Source: Nemertoderma westbladi (taxonomy: Eukaryota; Animalia; Xenacoelomorpha). Taken from it: DNA of 64,000 bases. Every line of letters begins with the position of its first letter. The stretch's first letter is position 1. The notes below the pieces were generated by a model that saw only the letters and a program-made list of their open reading frames with translations, ran no database searches and was not told where the DNA came from. A program made the translations under genes and the position numbers. Location of the stretch: positions 1 to 64,000 of the forward strand of contig JAUCBJ010007115.1 of the NCBI GenBank assembly GCA_032718475.1. The letters run 5' to 3'. Below, in pieces: positions 11,001 through 22,505 of the stretch.

Positions 11001-13050
11001 ATTATTTATTCTTACTGATGCTGCATCAAGCAATGATGGCCTTGGAGCAATCCTTTATGCTAAGAGGGATTCCCGAATGTTAGTAGCAGGTTACTATTCG
11101 GCTAAGTTACAGACCCACCATCACACATGGTTGCCTTGTGAGCTAGAAGCCCTGGCCATTTCAAATGCTATCAAGCATTTCTCACCATTGATACTTAATA
11201 GTTCATTACCAACTCAAGTACTCACCGATAGCAAGCCTTGTGTACAGGCATACCAAAAGATGTCCCGTGGTATCTTTTCTAGCAGCCCTCGGATTTTTAC
11301 TTTTCTTGCTACTGCAAGCCAGTTTCGTGTTCGGATCACCCATATCAGTGGTAACAGTAATCTTCCTGCTGATTTCCAGAGTAGGAACATTCTCCCATGT
11401 GAGTTGCAGAGTTGTCAAATCTGCAAGTTCCTCGCCGAATCAGAAGAGTCACCAGTCGTCAGGGTCCTACCAGTTAAACCTGTCTTACAAGCTCATACCA
11501 CACTAGCACCTAATAATTCTATTGATATTTGTCCCCGTCCAGTCTATGCTAATCGCAGTGCGTGGTTAGCTACTCAACGTGAAGACCCCGAACTTGCTCG
11601 GGTATCGAGTTACCTTTCATATGGTACTCGCCCTGGCAAAAAGGACACTCACAGTCGTGATATCAAACGATATCTTGGATGTGCCATTATAGCTTCTGAT
11701 GGTCTTCTTATTGTCCGCCATGACCGACCTTTTTCCTCCGTTCGTGAATCAATTGTTGTGCCCAGGAGCAGTCTACCAGGTTTGTTGATGTCTCTTCATT
11801 TGGAGCTTAATCATCCTTCCCGTACCCAGCTTCGGAAGGTTTTTCTCCGGTATTTCTTTGCCCTTGATCTGGATTCCACACTCGATACTACCATTAGATC
11901 ATGTCATCAGTGTGTTGCACTTAGTACAGCTCCTCCACAATTAATACCACAATCAGCATCCAACCCACCTGCTGTTCTTGGTATTTCCTTTGCTGCAGAC
12001 GTATTTCGCCAACATCGACAGTACATATTGCTTGTTCGTGAGACATTATCATCATTTACCACATCATGTGAAATCGCAGATGAGCGTTCTGAAACCCTCC
12101 GTAATGCTTTAATATTATTAACCTCAAACCTGGTTCCAATCAGTGGCCCCCCTGCCGTTATACGCGTGGATCCTGCACCAGCCTTCAAATCACTTGATGG
12201 TGATGCCTTTCTTCTACGCCATAATATAAGACTGGAAATAGGTAATCCCAAGAATATAAACAAGAACCCAGTAGCGGAACATGCCATTGGTGAATTAAAA
12301 CGGGAGCTACTCCGTCACCAGCCTGCAGGTGGCCCCTTCTCTGCTGTCGTATTAGCAGTATGCACTGCTCGCGTAAACGCCCTCCTGCGATCATCTGGTC
12401 TCTCTGCTCGTGAGATTCTATTCGCCCGCGATCAAAACACGGGTGATCAAATCCCAGTCAGTGACGTATCACTCTCCATCACTCAACGTCAACGCCGCGA
12501 TGAAAACCATGATGCCAGTGCTCGTTCCAAAACACCTAGACCTCGTTTGTTACCCTCTTCACCCCCCATTAGGGTAGGTGATCTTGTCTACCTCCGAAGT
12601 GATGATCATAAGTTACATGCTCGTTGTCGTTACCTAGTTGCCTCTATTGATGGTGAGTGGGCATCAATCCGCAAATTTGTGGGCACACAGTATCGCACCC
12701 TTGCCTATCGCGTGCCTCTCCATGATTGTTACTCAATACCATCTATTTCACCAGTTTGTAACCCCACACCCAGTGAATCTGATGATGATGACGTGGAGGT
12801 ACTTACACCAGTTGACAAAATGGGTTCTGTCAAACCAGCTGAGGGCCATCGTAGTGATGGAGATGAGTTTACTATACCCGCCCCATCAACACCTAGCTCT
12901 GAGACCCCTCTCCCTTTGTCTCGAGCTGATTGCGATGAAGTCTCGCCAGTCGTTGCTCCACCTGATCCCATCCCACCACAGGATGCAGCCTCTCGATGGC
13001 CGCGACGCACCCGAAATCCTCCAAAATACTACGGGTATCCGAATCAGTGA
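8050..13050 (+). CDS. gag-pol: Gag-Pol polyprotein: Gag with Cys/His knuckle, protease, dUTPase-like spacer, RT, RNase H, integrase
   Basis: Open frame 7921-13050, first ATG at 8050; CPFC...H...C; LIDSGAE; TDLTSAFYQIPL, MGMPGS, KLADD; TDAAS, ELEALA, TDS, ADFQSR; HLELNH...CHQC; integrase D,D(35)E (AADV, RVDP, VAEH). Confidence 0.95.
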   Translation: MDRPQFKSPRLVALTKTETITTFENWRQSLLFNISLSPEFKRFTLPGTVWLPATDPDPHRGFTNDGNDVPAATRQSAAAIAHSLEIMLGFISNLAPIVARESIIRDSTSLQSIWQTIRLHYGFQQTGAQFLAFLDHKLELDERPEDLYQRLRAFIDDSLLSPEVGIRHHGIVPTQKESLGPVMENTIVVLWLHLVHPALPRLIAQRYGTNLRLDTIASIKPEISAALPSLLAELNSSEIHTMRSNVYRPSNPRPSRFQSRNGPLSGTSARFSYPQFPRPTPVNTPRTFAGQRSPPVCPFCQLAGRRHDHFLSSCKSLPVSDQRFLSSVRNVDIVDDYADPYAEYSSMPEEQCQDQYLEDCSPSINRVAVSHSPIIQLYYGTTIVDILIDSGAESDLILDTFAHSLGVKVRPNHDQVPAQADGSSRLRVVGDTIFTLERNGLQFLFRGLVVSNLSSPILAGMPFLIYNDISLHPATHSVSFSDGSTLSYRPETNKYHNPPRVRQVSTSCILRAATQSSVVWPGDHLKVLVPPVVGSLPGVLVAPHTKSSLSRRTPSNWFAPMSLPVEDNYISIPNHSPDPIFIQRNSHVGVVTPVMESPHVSLLPGPSVPPTIRSVKVPLIDMIESVKIDPDNIMSYRERAHFHDVLKSYASVFNPQYTGYNGQSGPFEAVVNIGATLPPQRKGRVPQYSRNRLVELQARFDELEQLGVFATPESIGVNVEYLNPSFLVSKPNGGTRLVTAFTEVAKFCKPQPALLPDVNSTLRAIGQFKYLIKTDLTSAFYQIPLQKSSMRYCGVVTPFRGVRVYTRCAMGMPGSETALEELLTRVLGDLLVSGCVIKLADDLYCGGNTVDEAHSAFSQLLQALSANGLCLAASKTIICPKSTTILGWVWSQGTISASSHITSALSSCARPDTMRSLRSFIGSYKTLTRVLPRCSALIGPLDSLLTSSPHEPIQWNDESTAVFHRAQAAIQSCHTVSLTQTTDELFILTDAASSNDGLGAILYAKRDSRMLVAGYYSAKLQTHHHTWLPCELEALAISNAIKHFSPLILNSSLPTQVLTDSKPCVQAYQKMSRGIFSSSPRIFTFLATASQFRVRITHISGNSNLPADFQSRNILPCELQSCQICKFLAESEESPVVRVLPVKPVLQAHTTLAPNNSIDICPRPVYANRSAWLATQREDPELARVSSYLSYGTRPGKKDTHSRDIKRYLGCAIIASDGLLIVRHDRPFSSVRESIVVPRSSLPGLLMSLHLELNHPSRTQLRKVFLRYFFALDLDSTLDTTIRSCHQCVALSTAPPQLIPQSASNPPAVLGISFAADVFRQHRQYILLVRETLSSFTTSCEIADERSETLRNALILLTSNLVPISGPPAVIRVDPAPAFKSLDGDAFLLRHNIRLEIGNPKNINKNPVAEHAIGELKRELLRHQPAGGPFSAVVLAVCTARVNALLRSSGLSAREILFARDQNTGDQIPVSDVSLSITQRQRRDENHDASARSKTPRPRLLPSSPPIRVGDLVYLRSDDHKLHARCRYLVASIDGEWASIRKFVGTQYRTLAYRVPLHDCYSIPSISPVCNPTPSESDDDDVEVLTPVDKMGSVKPAEGHRSDGDEFTIPAPSTPSSETPLPLSRADCDEVSPVVAPPDPIPPQDAASRWPRRTRNPPKYYGYPNQ

Positions 13051-13470
13051 TGTCTCAAACATTAAATGCTCATCACATACTGCCCTTCCCTACATACGAG
13101 TTGATTAATATACCTCAGCGAAACTCATCTGACTCATTTAGTAGAGAAGCTCCTATGACTCATTTATTAGTCATTATTTGGTGTTGGTGTTGGTTTTTAC
13201 CATATAATTAATACTTTACCTGACTCAGAACTTATATTAACGTGTATAGTTTAACGCTAGGTTGTTTGTGTTTGTGTTTGATAATTGTATATCCTACTGT
13301 AGTATGTAGTTTAAAGTCTCCGTTTGTCATGATTGATTCTGGCACAGTTACTGTACCAGTAGTATCTAGGCCTTATTTACGAGTGTCGTTTATTTGCTTA
13401 TTTTAGGTGTTGCGTCATTGGTCCACCCCCCCCCCCCCCTTTTTTTTTACAAATTGATAGTATGGAATCT

Positions 13471-13488
13471 AAGGGAAGACGAAAGAAG
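13471..13488 (+). promoter_or_regulatory. Polypurine tract
   Basis: aagggaagacgaaagaag ending 3 nt before the 3' LTR. Confidence 0.8.
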
Positions 13489-13491
13489 TTG

Positions 13492-13762
13492 CGCCACCCA
13501 GTTGGGTAGCACCCACCATTCCCATTGAGGCTGTGCCATAGGTCAGGACCGACCCTTCACCTTACGGTTTTTTTACATACATCATAGCCTACCGGTTGTT
13601 GTGTCTGTGTCTTCCATATTACCGCAGTACCGCGTTTGTGCTGCATACCTATCTGTTATACTTCTGTTATACCATTATACTGTTATACAGTTATATGAGT
13701 TGTGATACATATACGTTTGCCTTTGTTGCTGTTCATACACCAGCTTCTCCTTTACCTTGGCG
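13492..13762 (+). repeat. 3' LTR
   Basis: Identical to 7361-7631. Confidence 0.93.
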
Positions 13763-14504
13763 CAGCAAAGAACTGACTAGCAAAGAACTGACTAGTTGTA
13801 ATTTATTGTACATATCAAAGAACCAAATTGATACTGAATTAGCGTCACTTCCACCATTATATAAGTGCCCAACATCTGTGGCAGGGACGTTGAAACTACA
13901 TTATATAAAGGCGAACCAGTATGCTTTCCAATATCGCGAGCTATCCTCCTACACAGCCGTTTCTGCATTAATGGCCGGTTTCCTTTGAAGCAGCCTGTCT
14001 TCGATGAAAAATTTTTAGGTTTCGAAATGAATGGATAAACAACTATTTAAGTACTGGTAGTAATAACTAGAATGAGAAACTAAAAAACTAACCAAGTGAA
14101 AATAACCTAGGAAATAATAATTCATTAATGTGTTTAAAATTAATGAAATTTCTTTGTATTTACCTAATATAATGGAATAATGCTTCAAAATGAGCTCCGA
14201 AATAAATTAATTGAATAATTTATTTTTAATCTAATATATACTCTACAGTTTTGAATCAATTTAGTTCATGGTCTACACAAATCCTTCACAAAAATATACA
14301 TTTAATGAATACCATGAGCAACCACCTACAAACTCAGTTTTTGGACCATATGGACTTAATGTTATGTTATTTTTATGTTTCATTGCCAGATTCGAATTCA
14401 GCTCGTCAAGAGCTTTCGAATGGTATAATATTAAATGTTCCTATATTTTGTCAAATTTAAAATGTCACTCAAAAGTTTCGCTTATGTAACATTTATTTTG
14501 ACTT

Positions 14505-15006
14505 GTGCGCGATACACACTCTTACAGTACCAGAGCTAGTGCTTCAAACTTTTACCTCCCGAATTGTAAATCCTTCGAATCTGATACTTTCTTTTTTAAC
14601 GGTATTAAAAATTGGAACGCTCTGCCTAATGAAATTAAAAACCTAGATAATCAACATTCTTTTAAATCTGCAGTTAAATCTCACCTCCGTGTGCAATGTA
14701 AAAATAGGTACAATAGTCCTACAGTAAGTTATTAGTTTATTAATTATTTACTATTTATACTGTAATTACGTTTTATAATAAATTGTTCTGTACATTACAT
14801 CTTTATTGTTGAGTCGGGCATTGCGTAGTGTAATATTGTATTTGTAACCAAGTAACATATACGTAGGACCCCCTTGGAAATAAGCTGCAAAGCTTTAGGG
14901 GTAATCCTACTGTATATGTTATGTTGGACAATACCTTTATACCGGTACATTGTTTGGTGTATTTGTTATTGTTTTTACATAATGTATAAGTAAATATATC
15001 TATCTA
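14505..15006 (+). pseudogene. CR1/L2-type LINE, right part: ORF2 end and 3' UTR
   Basis: HSYSTR...TFFFNGIKNWNALP...SFKSAVKSHL is the typical ORF2 C-terminus; the 3' UTR ends in a short tatc repeat. Confidence 0.82.
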
Positions 15007-15483
15007 ACATGAACCTTATTTATGCGCGCGTAAAAATCAGAATTATTAACTCGAGATATGCCCGCGTATAAATCAAATTAAAGCGATTTTTGATCGGGTA
15101 AATATTATATTTTATTTTTATGACGCATCCAAAAACAGATCGTTGTTACAGACTACTAACACAGTGCCCGCAGTCGTTGACTAAATGACTATGTCTAGTA
15201 CTGATAGCATTGACGGACCACATCAAACCAGTTCATCCTGAATTTTACACAACATCTACCAACCAGTCGTTTAACTTTAGTTGTTGTTAGTAGATAAGAT
15301 ACCTAGGTAAATTCATAATCAATTGCTAAAATCTATGTTTTGGGTTTAAATTTGTGTGTCACATTTAAGATTTTGTCTAAGATTCGGCTAAGATTCATTT
15401 TTTTACTATTAACTGGAATATCTACGGACTAGGTATGCCCTAACTAAACTACTGTACTACAGTAACGATGTTGTTGCCTACCA

Positions 15484-15960
15484 CTTGAGGGAAAGGAGCA
15501 GGTTACAGGGCGGGCTTTTCTAACCAAAACAATAAACGATATTGTTACCAATTGAGGGAAAGGAGCAGGTTACAGAGGCGGGCTTTTCTAACCAAAACAA
15601 TAAACGATATTGTTACCAATTGAGGAAATGGAGCAGGTTACATAGGCGGGAGTTTCTAACCAAAACAATAAACGATATTGTTACCAACTAAGGGAAAGGA
15701 GCAGGTTACAGAGGCGGAATTTTCTAAACGAAACAATAAACGATGTTGTTTACCTAACAATCGAGAGAAAGGAGCAAGTTACAGAGGCAGGCTTTTCTAA
15801 CCAAAACAATTAACGTTGTTATCTACCAATATTGAAGGAAAGGAGTAGTTTACAGAGGCGGCTTTTCTAGACAAAACAATAAAAGGTTGTTTTTATCTAA
15901 CAATCGAGAGAAAGGAGCAGGTTACAGAGGCGTGCTTTTCTATCCAAACAATAAACATTG
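15484..15960. repeat. ~66-bp tandem repeat, about 7 copies
   Basis: Unit gagggaaaggagcaggttacagaggcgggcttttctaaccaaaacaataaacgatattgttaccaatt. Confidence 0.9.
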
Positions 15961-15965
15961 TTATT

Positions 15966-16580
15966 CACATCTTCCCACATTCCCATCAAGCTTCCTACAA
16001 ATCCCATGAACCTTCCTATCTTCCCACCCAGCCACCATCCCACATTGCCATCCACATTCCCACATTTCCATCTTCCTACATTCCCATCCACCTTCCCACA
16101 TTCCCGTCTTCCTCATTCCCACCCACCTTCCCACATTCCCACCCACCTTCCCACATTCCCATCCACCTTCCCATCCACCTTCCCATCCACCTTCCCACCC
16201 ACCTTCCAACATTCCCACCCACCTTCCCACATTCCCTTCCACCTTCCCACATTCCCATCCACCTTCCCACATTTCCATCTTCCTACATTTCCATCCACAT
16301 TCATATCTTCCCATATTCCCATCATCCCACATTCCCATCTTCCTACATTCCCCTCCACCTTCCCACATTCCCATCCACCTTACCATCTTCCCACATTCCC
16401 ATCCACCTTCCCACATTCCCATCCACCTTCCCATCTTCCCACATTCCCATCCACCTTCCCACATTCCCATCCACCTTTCTACATCTACATCTTCCCACAT
16501 TCCCGTCCACCTTCCCACATCCCCTTCTTCCCGCATCCCCACCTTCCCTCATTTCCATCTTCCTACATTCCCATCCACAT
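15966..16580. repeat. C-rich low-complexity satellite (cccacattcccatccacctt variants); continues at 17239-17529 and in the triplicated copies
   Basis: Visible 7/20-bp periodicity; the ORFs called here are repeat artefacts. Confidence 0.92.
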
Positions 16581-17238
16581 TGTGACGGGATCGTGGAGTT
16601 GGCAGTGAGATCCCGACCGGGATAGATTGTACGCGTCACTTTGTTGCTGGGCTGCTGGGCAAACGGGATAATATCTTTGGCCAAAGGCCGATGGGAAAAC
16701 AATACAGATCGTTTCTCAGTATTAATAATCACAGCGATAATAGCACAGTCAGACTGATAATTATGAGTTGATCATATAACAGTATACCTGGTATAGTAAC
16801 AGCAACAGTATAGTATAAAATGACGGTCAAAAACTATGCCGGTTTACAACCGTGAGGAAATAAACTGACCGGTAATCAGTAATTAGAATGATTATATAAT
16901 TGACACATATTGGTTTCAGCCCTACACTACTGTGTGACCTCTGGTAACCAATGGATGCGTTCCTATCCTCCCAATCTACTTCCTTGCCAGCTATTGGCTT
17001 AACTATTAATTCTCGCCTCGCCACTCCCTCTTGGTGTTACCCCCTGCTGCTAGCCTCACTAGCTGGTTTGTCCCTCTGAGGTGGTTTGACCTCTCACCTC
17101 TCTCTGTGGCTTATGGCGTGTATCCCCCCCCCCAGTTGGTTATGAGGCGAGATTATTACTCGCATCGCCAACTATATCGGTAAAATGCCACTGGTCCCAT
17201 TTTGGGGTGGGAAATGTAGGGAATTGAATCCGCTTACA
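16581..17238. mobile_element. Solo LTR, 658 bp
   Basis: TGT...ACA termini with a 5-bp TSD CACAT (16576-16580 and 17239-17243), inserted in the satellite. Confidence 0.82.
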
Positions 17239-19912
17239 CACATTCATATCTTCCCACATTCCCATCTTAACACATTCCCATCTTCCTCATTCCCACCCAC
17301 CTTCCCACATTCCCATCCACCTTCCCACATTCCCATCCACCTTCCCACATTCCCACCCACCTTCCAACATTCCCATCTTCCTACATTCCCCTCCATCTTC
17401 CCACATTTCCATCCACCTTCCCATCTTCCCACATTCCCATGCACCTTCCCACATTCCCATCTTCCTACATTCCAATCTTCCCACATTCCCATCTTCCTAC
17501 ATTCCCATCCACCTTCCCACATTCCCATCTGTTAGCGCTTTTAACAAATTATGTTCCTTCAATCTCAATTTCGTATATTTTTGACTTGTAGTAATTTGAG
17601 TTGAGAATTCATGCATTTATGACGCTCTAAACTGCTGGTCTGACACAATAAACGGGATTGCGCTAGTGTACCTGTCAACAAGGGCCACTTACTGTATCGA
17701 TCACTTCCCCTTTGCCTTCCTCTCATAAGTTGGTTTACTCTATAACTTATTTGGTTCAATACGGTATTTGATTATCTACACACACACACCTCACTACACA
17801 ACTTACAGTACTTTAATGTGTGTGGAGAGCAACCTGATATTTTCATGCCGCTCTATACACACACACCTCACTACACAACTTTACAGTACTTTAATGTGTG
17901 TGGAGAGCGACATGATATTTTCATGCTGCTCTACACACACACACCTATTGGCTTATTACCCACAGCTATTGGCTTAACTATTAATTCTCGCCTCGCCACT
18001 CCCTCTTGGTGTTACCCCCTGCTGCTAGCCTCACTAGCTGGTTTGTCCCTCTGAGGTGGTTTGACCTCTCACCTCTCTCTGTGGCTTATGGCGTGTATCC
18101 CCCCCCCCAGTTGGTTATGAGGCGAGATTATTACTCGCATCGCCAACTATATCGGTAAAATGCCACTGGTCCCATTTTGGGGTGGGAAATGTAGGGAATT
18201 GAATCCGCTTACACACATTCATATCTTCCCACATTCCCATCTTAACACATTCCCATCTTCCTCATTCCCACCCACCTTCCCACATTCCCATCCACCTTCC
18301 CACATTCCCATCCACCTTCCCACATTCCCACCCACCTTCCAACATTCCCATCTTCCTACATTCCCCTCCATCTTCCCACATTTCCATCCACCTTCCCATC
18401 TTCCCACATTCCCATGCACCTTCCCACATTCCCATCTTCCTACATTCCAATCTTCCCACATTCCCATCTTCCTACATTCCCATCCACCTTCCCACATTCC
18501 CATCTGTTAGCGCTTTTAACAAATTATGTTCCTTCAATCTCAATTTCGTATATTTTTGACTTGTAGTAATTTGAGTTGAGAATTCATGCATTTATGACGC
18601 TCTAAACTGCTGGTCTGACACAATAAACGGGATTGCGCTAGTGTACCTGTCAACAAGGGCCACTTACTGTATCGATCACTTCCCCTTTGCCTTCCTCTCA
18701 TAAGTTGGTTTACTCTATAACTTATTTGGTTCAATACGGTATTTGATTATCTACACACACACACCTCACTACACAACTTACAGTACTTTAATGTGTGTGG
18801 AGAGCAACCTGATATTTTCATGCCGCTCTATACACACACACCTCACTACACAACTTTACAGTACTTTAATGTGTGTGGAGAGCGACATGATATTTTCATG
18901 CTGCTCTACACACACACACCTATTGGCTTATTACCCACAGCTATTGGCTTAACTATTAATTCTCGCCTCGCCACTCCCTCTTGGTGTTACCCCCTGCTGC
19001 TAGCCTCACTAGCTGGTTTGTCCCTCTGAGGTGGTTTGACCTCTCACCTCTCTCTGTGGCTTATGGCGTGTATCCCCCCCCCCAGTTGGTTATGAGGCGA
19101 GATTATTACTCGCATCGCCAACTATATCGGTAAAATGCCACTGGTCCCATTTTGGGGTGGGAAATGTAGGGAATTGAATCCGCTTACACACATTCATATC
19201 TTCCCACATTCCCATCTTAACACATTCCCATCTTCCTCATTCCCACCCACCTTCCCACATTCCCATCCACCTTCCCACATTCCCATCCACCTTCCCACAT
19301 TCCCACCCACCTTCCAACATTCCCATCTTCCTACATTCCCCTCCATCTTCCCACATTTCCATCCACCTTCCCATCTTCCCACATTCCCATGCACCTTCCC
19401 ACATTCCCATCTTCCTACATTCCAATCTTCCCACATTCCCATCTTCCTACATTCCCATCCACCTTCCCACATTCCCATCTGTTAGCGCTTTTAACAAATT
19501 ATGTTCCTTCAATCTCAATTTCGTATATTTTTGACTTGTAGTAATTTGAGTTGAGAATTCATGCATTTATGACGCTCTAAACTGCTGGTCTGACACAATA
19601 AACGGGATTGCGCTACAAGGGCTGTCAACAAGGGCCACTTACTGTATCGATCACTTCCCCTTTGCCTTCCTCTCATAAGTTGGTTTACTCTATAACTTAT
19701 TTGGTTCAATACGGTATTTGATTATCTACACACATACACACCTCACTACACAACTTACAGTACTTTAATGTGTGTGGAGAGCAACCTGATATTTTCATGC
19801 CGCTCTATACACACACACCTCACTACACAACTTTACAGTACTTTAATGTGTGTGGAGAGCGACATGATATTTTCATGCTGCTCTACACACACACACCTCA
19901 CTACACAACTTA
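16988..19912. repeat. Tandem triplication of a 975-bp composite unit
   Basis: Units start at 16988, 17963 and 18938; identical ORF translations recur at a 975-bp offset. Confidence 0.95.
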
Positions 19913-20200
19913 CATTACTTTAATGTGTGTGGAGAGCGACATGATATTTTCATGCTGCTCTACACACACACACCTCACTACACAACTTACATTACTTTAA
20001 TGTGTGTGGAGAGCGACATGATATTTTCATGCTGCTCTATACACACACACCTCACTACACAACTTTACAGTACTTTAATGTGTGTGGAGAGCAACCTGAT
20101 ATTTTCATGCCGCTCTATACACACACACCTCACTACACAACTTACAGTACTTTAATGTGTGTGGAGAGCAGCATGATATTTTAATGCCTCTCTACACACA
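19715..20200. repeat. 77-78-bp minisatellite with an internally palindromic unit (~6 copies; ~2.5 copies in each earlier 975-bp unit)
   Basis: ctctacacacacacacctcactacacaactt(t)acagtactttaatgtgtgtggagagc...tgatattttcatgc repeated. Confidence 0.9.
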
Positions 20201-21464
20201 CATTTCAGAGGAAAATCATGTGGTATGTATGTGAGTGCAGCTGATGTAATACTACAGTAATAACTATGTTACATTCGATCCTTATTCAGTTATTACACAG
20301 TATTACGTTCGGTCTGTCATCAACCATAATCTGTTAATGGCCTATGCTATCTCAGTATCCAGGTATCTGTCTATGCCTGTATGCTGCTGTCACCAGGTCA
20401 CTGCATTATCTGATTTCACAGTTGTACTGTGTACTGCAGTACCGGTACTGTCTGACTGTTGTAAGCCTCCTAGCGTGTATTTGGTACTTAGTACCGCCAG
20501 TACCGGTACCTGATATTTGGACTATGGTACAAGCAGACAAGGGACAACAAGTGGTAACTGTGGTACCGGTAGGCCTCCGCCTCGCCTACTGACATATCTA
20601 CCTATCAGCCTATGCCTGTACTATGTACCCTACAGCCCTATGCTGTTGGCGGTGGCAGCGTGGCGTGCAGGCGTGGCAGGTACCGGGCAGCCGGGTACAT
20701 AATATCCGTTGCCAGGAATTTTGAGCTTTAAATTGCAGAATTGATAACGGTCTGACGGTTCTATCACATTTGAGGCACAGCTGCACGCACAGTGACAAAC
20801 ACGAAACACCTTTCCCAAGTCAACCAGTCTGCCAGTGGCCATTTTTGGACCGATTTGTCTCAAATTTCACACATACACTCTCTGACCTACAGACCTACCG
20901 GTATGTGTAACTTCGTAGAAAATAAATTTTAAATTAGGGTTATTTTCCGCTTCGAGCGGCACGATTGAAAATCGTGAGTTTTTTCTCAGAAAGTCAATTT
21001 TTGTCTGTTTTCAAATGTGCACCATTTCCTCAATTTTTCTTCAATTTGCCGGAAAATCTACAGACAGACTGACAGACACCACATGCCACAGGCTGCCAGG
21101 TCGTGTATTTAATGTGGTGTAAATTTTACGGCTGCAGAGGACGATGTGCCCTTCGCGCAGCACGTGAAAAACTGTATTTTCTATATAAATACTTAACTTA
21201 ATTTGACCACTGTCAGTACCGCCCTTCCAGTAGGGCCTACCAGATTACCGCACTACAGCACTACCGGTACCTACTGCACTGTAAGCTGGTAAGTAGGCAA
21301 TCAACTATTCAAATAATATTTTAAATGGGGGTTTTCAATTGTACTGGCAGCACTGGGGGAGGGGGAATATTCAGTTTGGGGTACCCACACCAGCACACTG
21401 CCATTATTGGATTTTTATACTGTATGAAACTCGCAAGTTACAGTAGTGGCGGCCTCAACCCTAA

Positions 21465-21655
21465 TTAAAACTGTCATGTAACCAGTAAGTGTGTAACCAT
21501 AACCCTAAGTCAGTAAGTCGAATAATCTAAGAAATTTAGCGGAATTTCTGCCATTATTACCATTAACAGGCCTTACAGCCTTGTGGCAATAATATCAGAA
21601 ATTCCGCTAAATTTCTTAGATTATGACTTGGGTTAGGGTTGCATGACAGTTTTAA
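21465..21655. mobile_element. Small palindromic MITE-like element
   Basis: ttaaaactgtcatg...ataatctaagaaatttagcggaat is inverted as attccgctaaatttcttagattat...catgacagttttaa. Confidence 0.65.
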
Positions 21656-21671
21656 CGGTCCTACGAATTAC

Positions 21672-22505
21672 TAGGGCTCGATCGGAGTTGGGATTTGGCC
21701 GGAGCAGGAGCCGGAGTTGGACAATTTGGCCGGAGCCGGAGCAGGAGCCGGAGTTTTTCAAAAATTTTAAAAAATTAATTATTTATTTAAAAAAAATAAA
21801 GTATGGTTATCGTTCGCCAATTGCCAATCGCTCATAATCAATCATACTGCTGTACTGTAGGTCTAATTAATTTCATAATTTATAGATTTACGAATTTTCA
21901 ATTTAACATTTAAGTAATTAATTTATCACGGACAGACGGCCTGACGCTGACGGCTAAAAATTACCTACAGTGCTACAGTATACCTAACTCACTAACTGTC
22001 AGACTGTCTAACTGTGGTAGAGGTGTGTACTGTAGGTAGCCTACCGCTGTACCGTACGTCTGTACGTGTACCAGTACTGCAGTACATTATGCTGGCATGA
22101 CAGTCAGTAAATGGCTGCAGTCAGGCAGTGGCTGAGTGGTACAGTGTACAATCATAGCATTTACAACAATTTTTTACAGTAGGTAGGGCTGTAGGGCCTA
22201 TCTGTAACAGTCTGCTAGTCAGCCAGCTGGCCAGTACCAGTACTGCAGTACAGTCAGTCAGTCAGTGCAGCAGTGATTGACTAGGTAAATACTGCAGTAT
22301 TATGCTTGATATTGAAGCTGTACTACAGTACGGTACTTATAGCAGTATAGTGTCAGAGTATAGATAATTGTTCAGATTAGAATATGCACGAAATATAATA
22401 CTTTATTAAAAAATTAACTCCGGCAATATTTTTACCGGAGCCGGAGCAGGAGCCGGAGGTGCCAAAATGGCCGGAGCCGGAGGCCGGAGCTCCGATCGAG
22501 CCCTA
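21672..22505 (+). mobile_element. Non-autonomous hAT element, copy 1
   Basis: 16-bp TIR TAGGGCTCGATCGGAG, 8-bp TSD CGAATTAC, subterminal ccggag repeats. Confidence 0.92.

Larger units (their letters stand above)
7361..13762 (+). mobile_element. Full-length intact Ty3/Gypsy-related LTR retrotransposon (Troyka-like)
   Basis: Identical 271-bp LTRs, PBS, PPT, one uninterrupted gag-pol ORF; CAG flanks both ends. Confidence 0.95.
5194..13988 (+). pseudogene. Fragmented transposase (stops and frameshifts), split by the LTR insertion at 7361-13762
   Basis: Motifs CQCTQC, DFAKN...NEIQQAHW, VTVHP, FISD.LTHD, DGSGAQYK and, in a shifted frame, GHGKGASDGIGSLVKR; the frame FNYCKD|SKELTS continues across the LTR element to GTLKLH. 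The Sola2 assignment is from recalled motifs. Confidence 0.8.
4332..14504 (+). mobile_element. DDE DNA transposon (Sola2-like) with imperfect TIRs, containing a nested LTR retrotransposon
   Basis: aagtcaaaatatatgttacattag at 4337-4360 is the inverted match of cttatgtaacatttattttgactt at 14481-14504; the host LINE resumes at 14505; a transposase remnant lies inside. No TSD seen (a deletion at the right junction is likely). Confidence 0.75.

Noticed and set aside
15897-19485. Pro/His-rich and Gly/Trp-rich ORFs
   Set aside because: They are translations of a stop-poor satellite, open in several frames on both strands.
15484-20200. CRISPR-like arrays (66-bp and 77-bp repeats)
   Set aside because: The units are wholly repeated with no unique spacers, there are no cas genes, and the context is eukaryotic.
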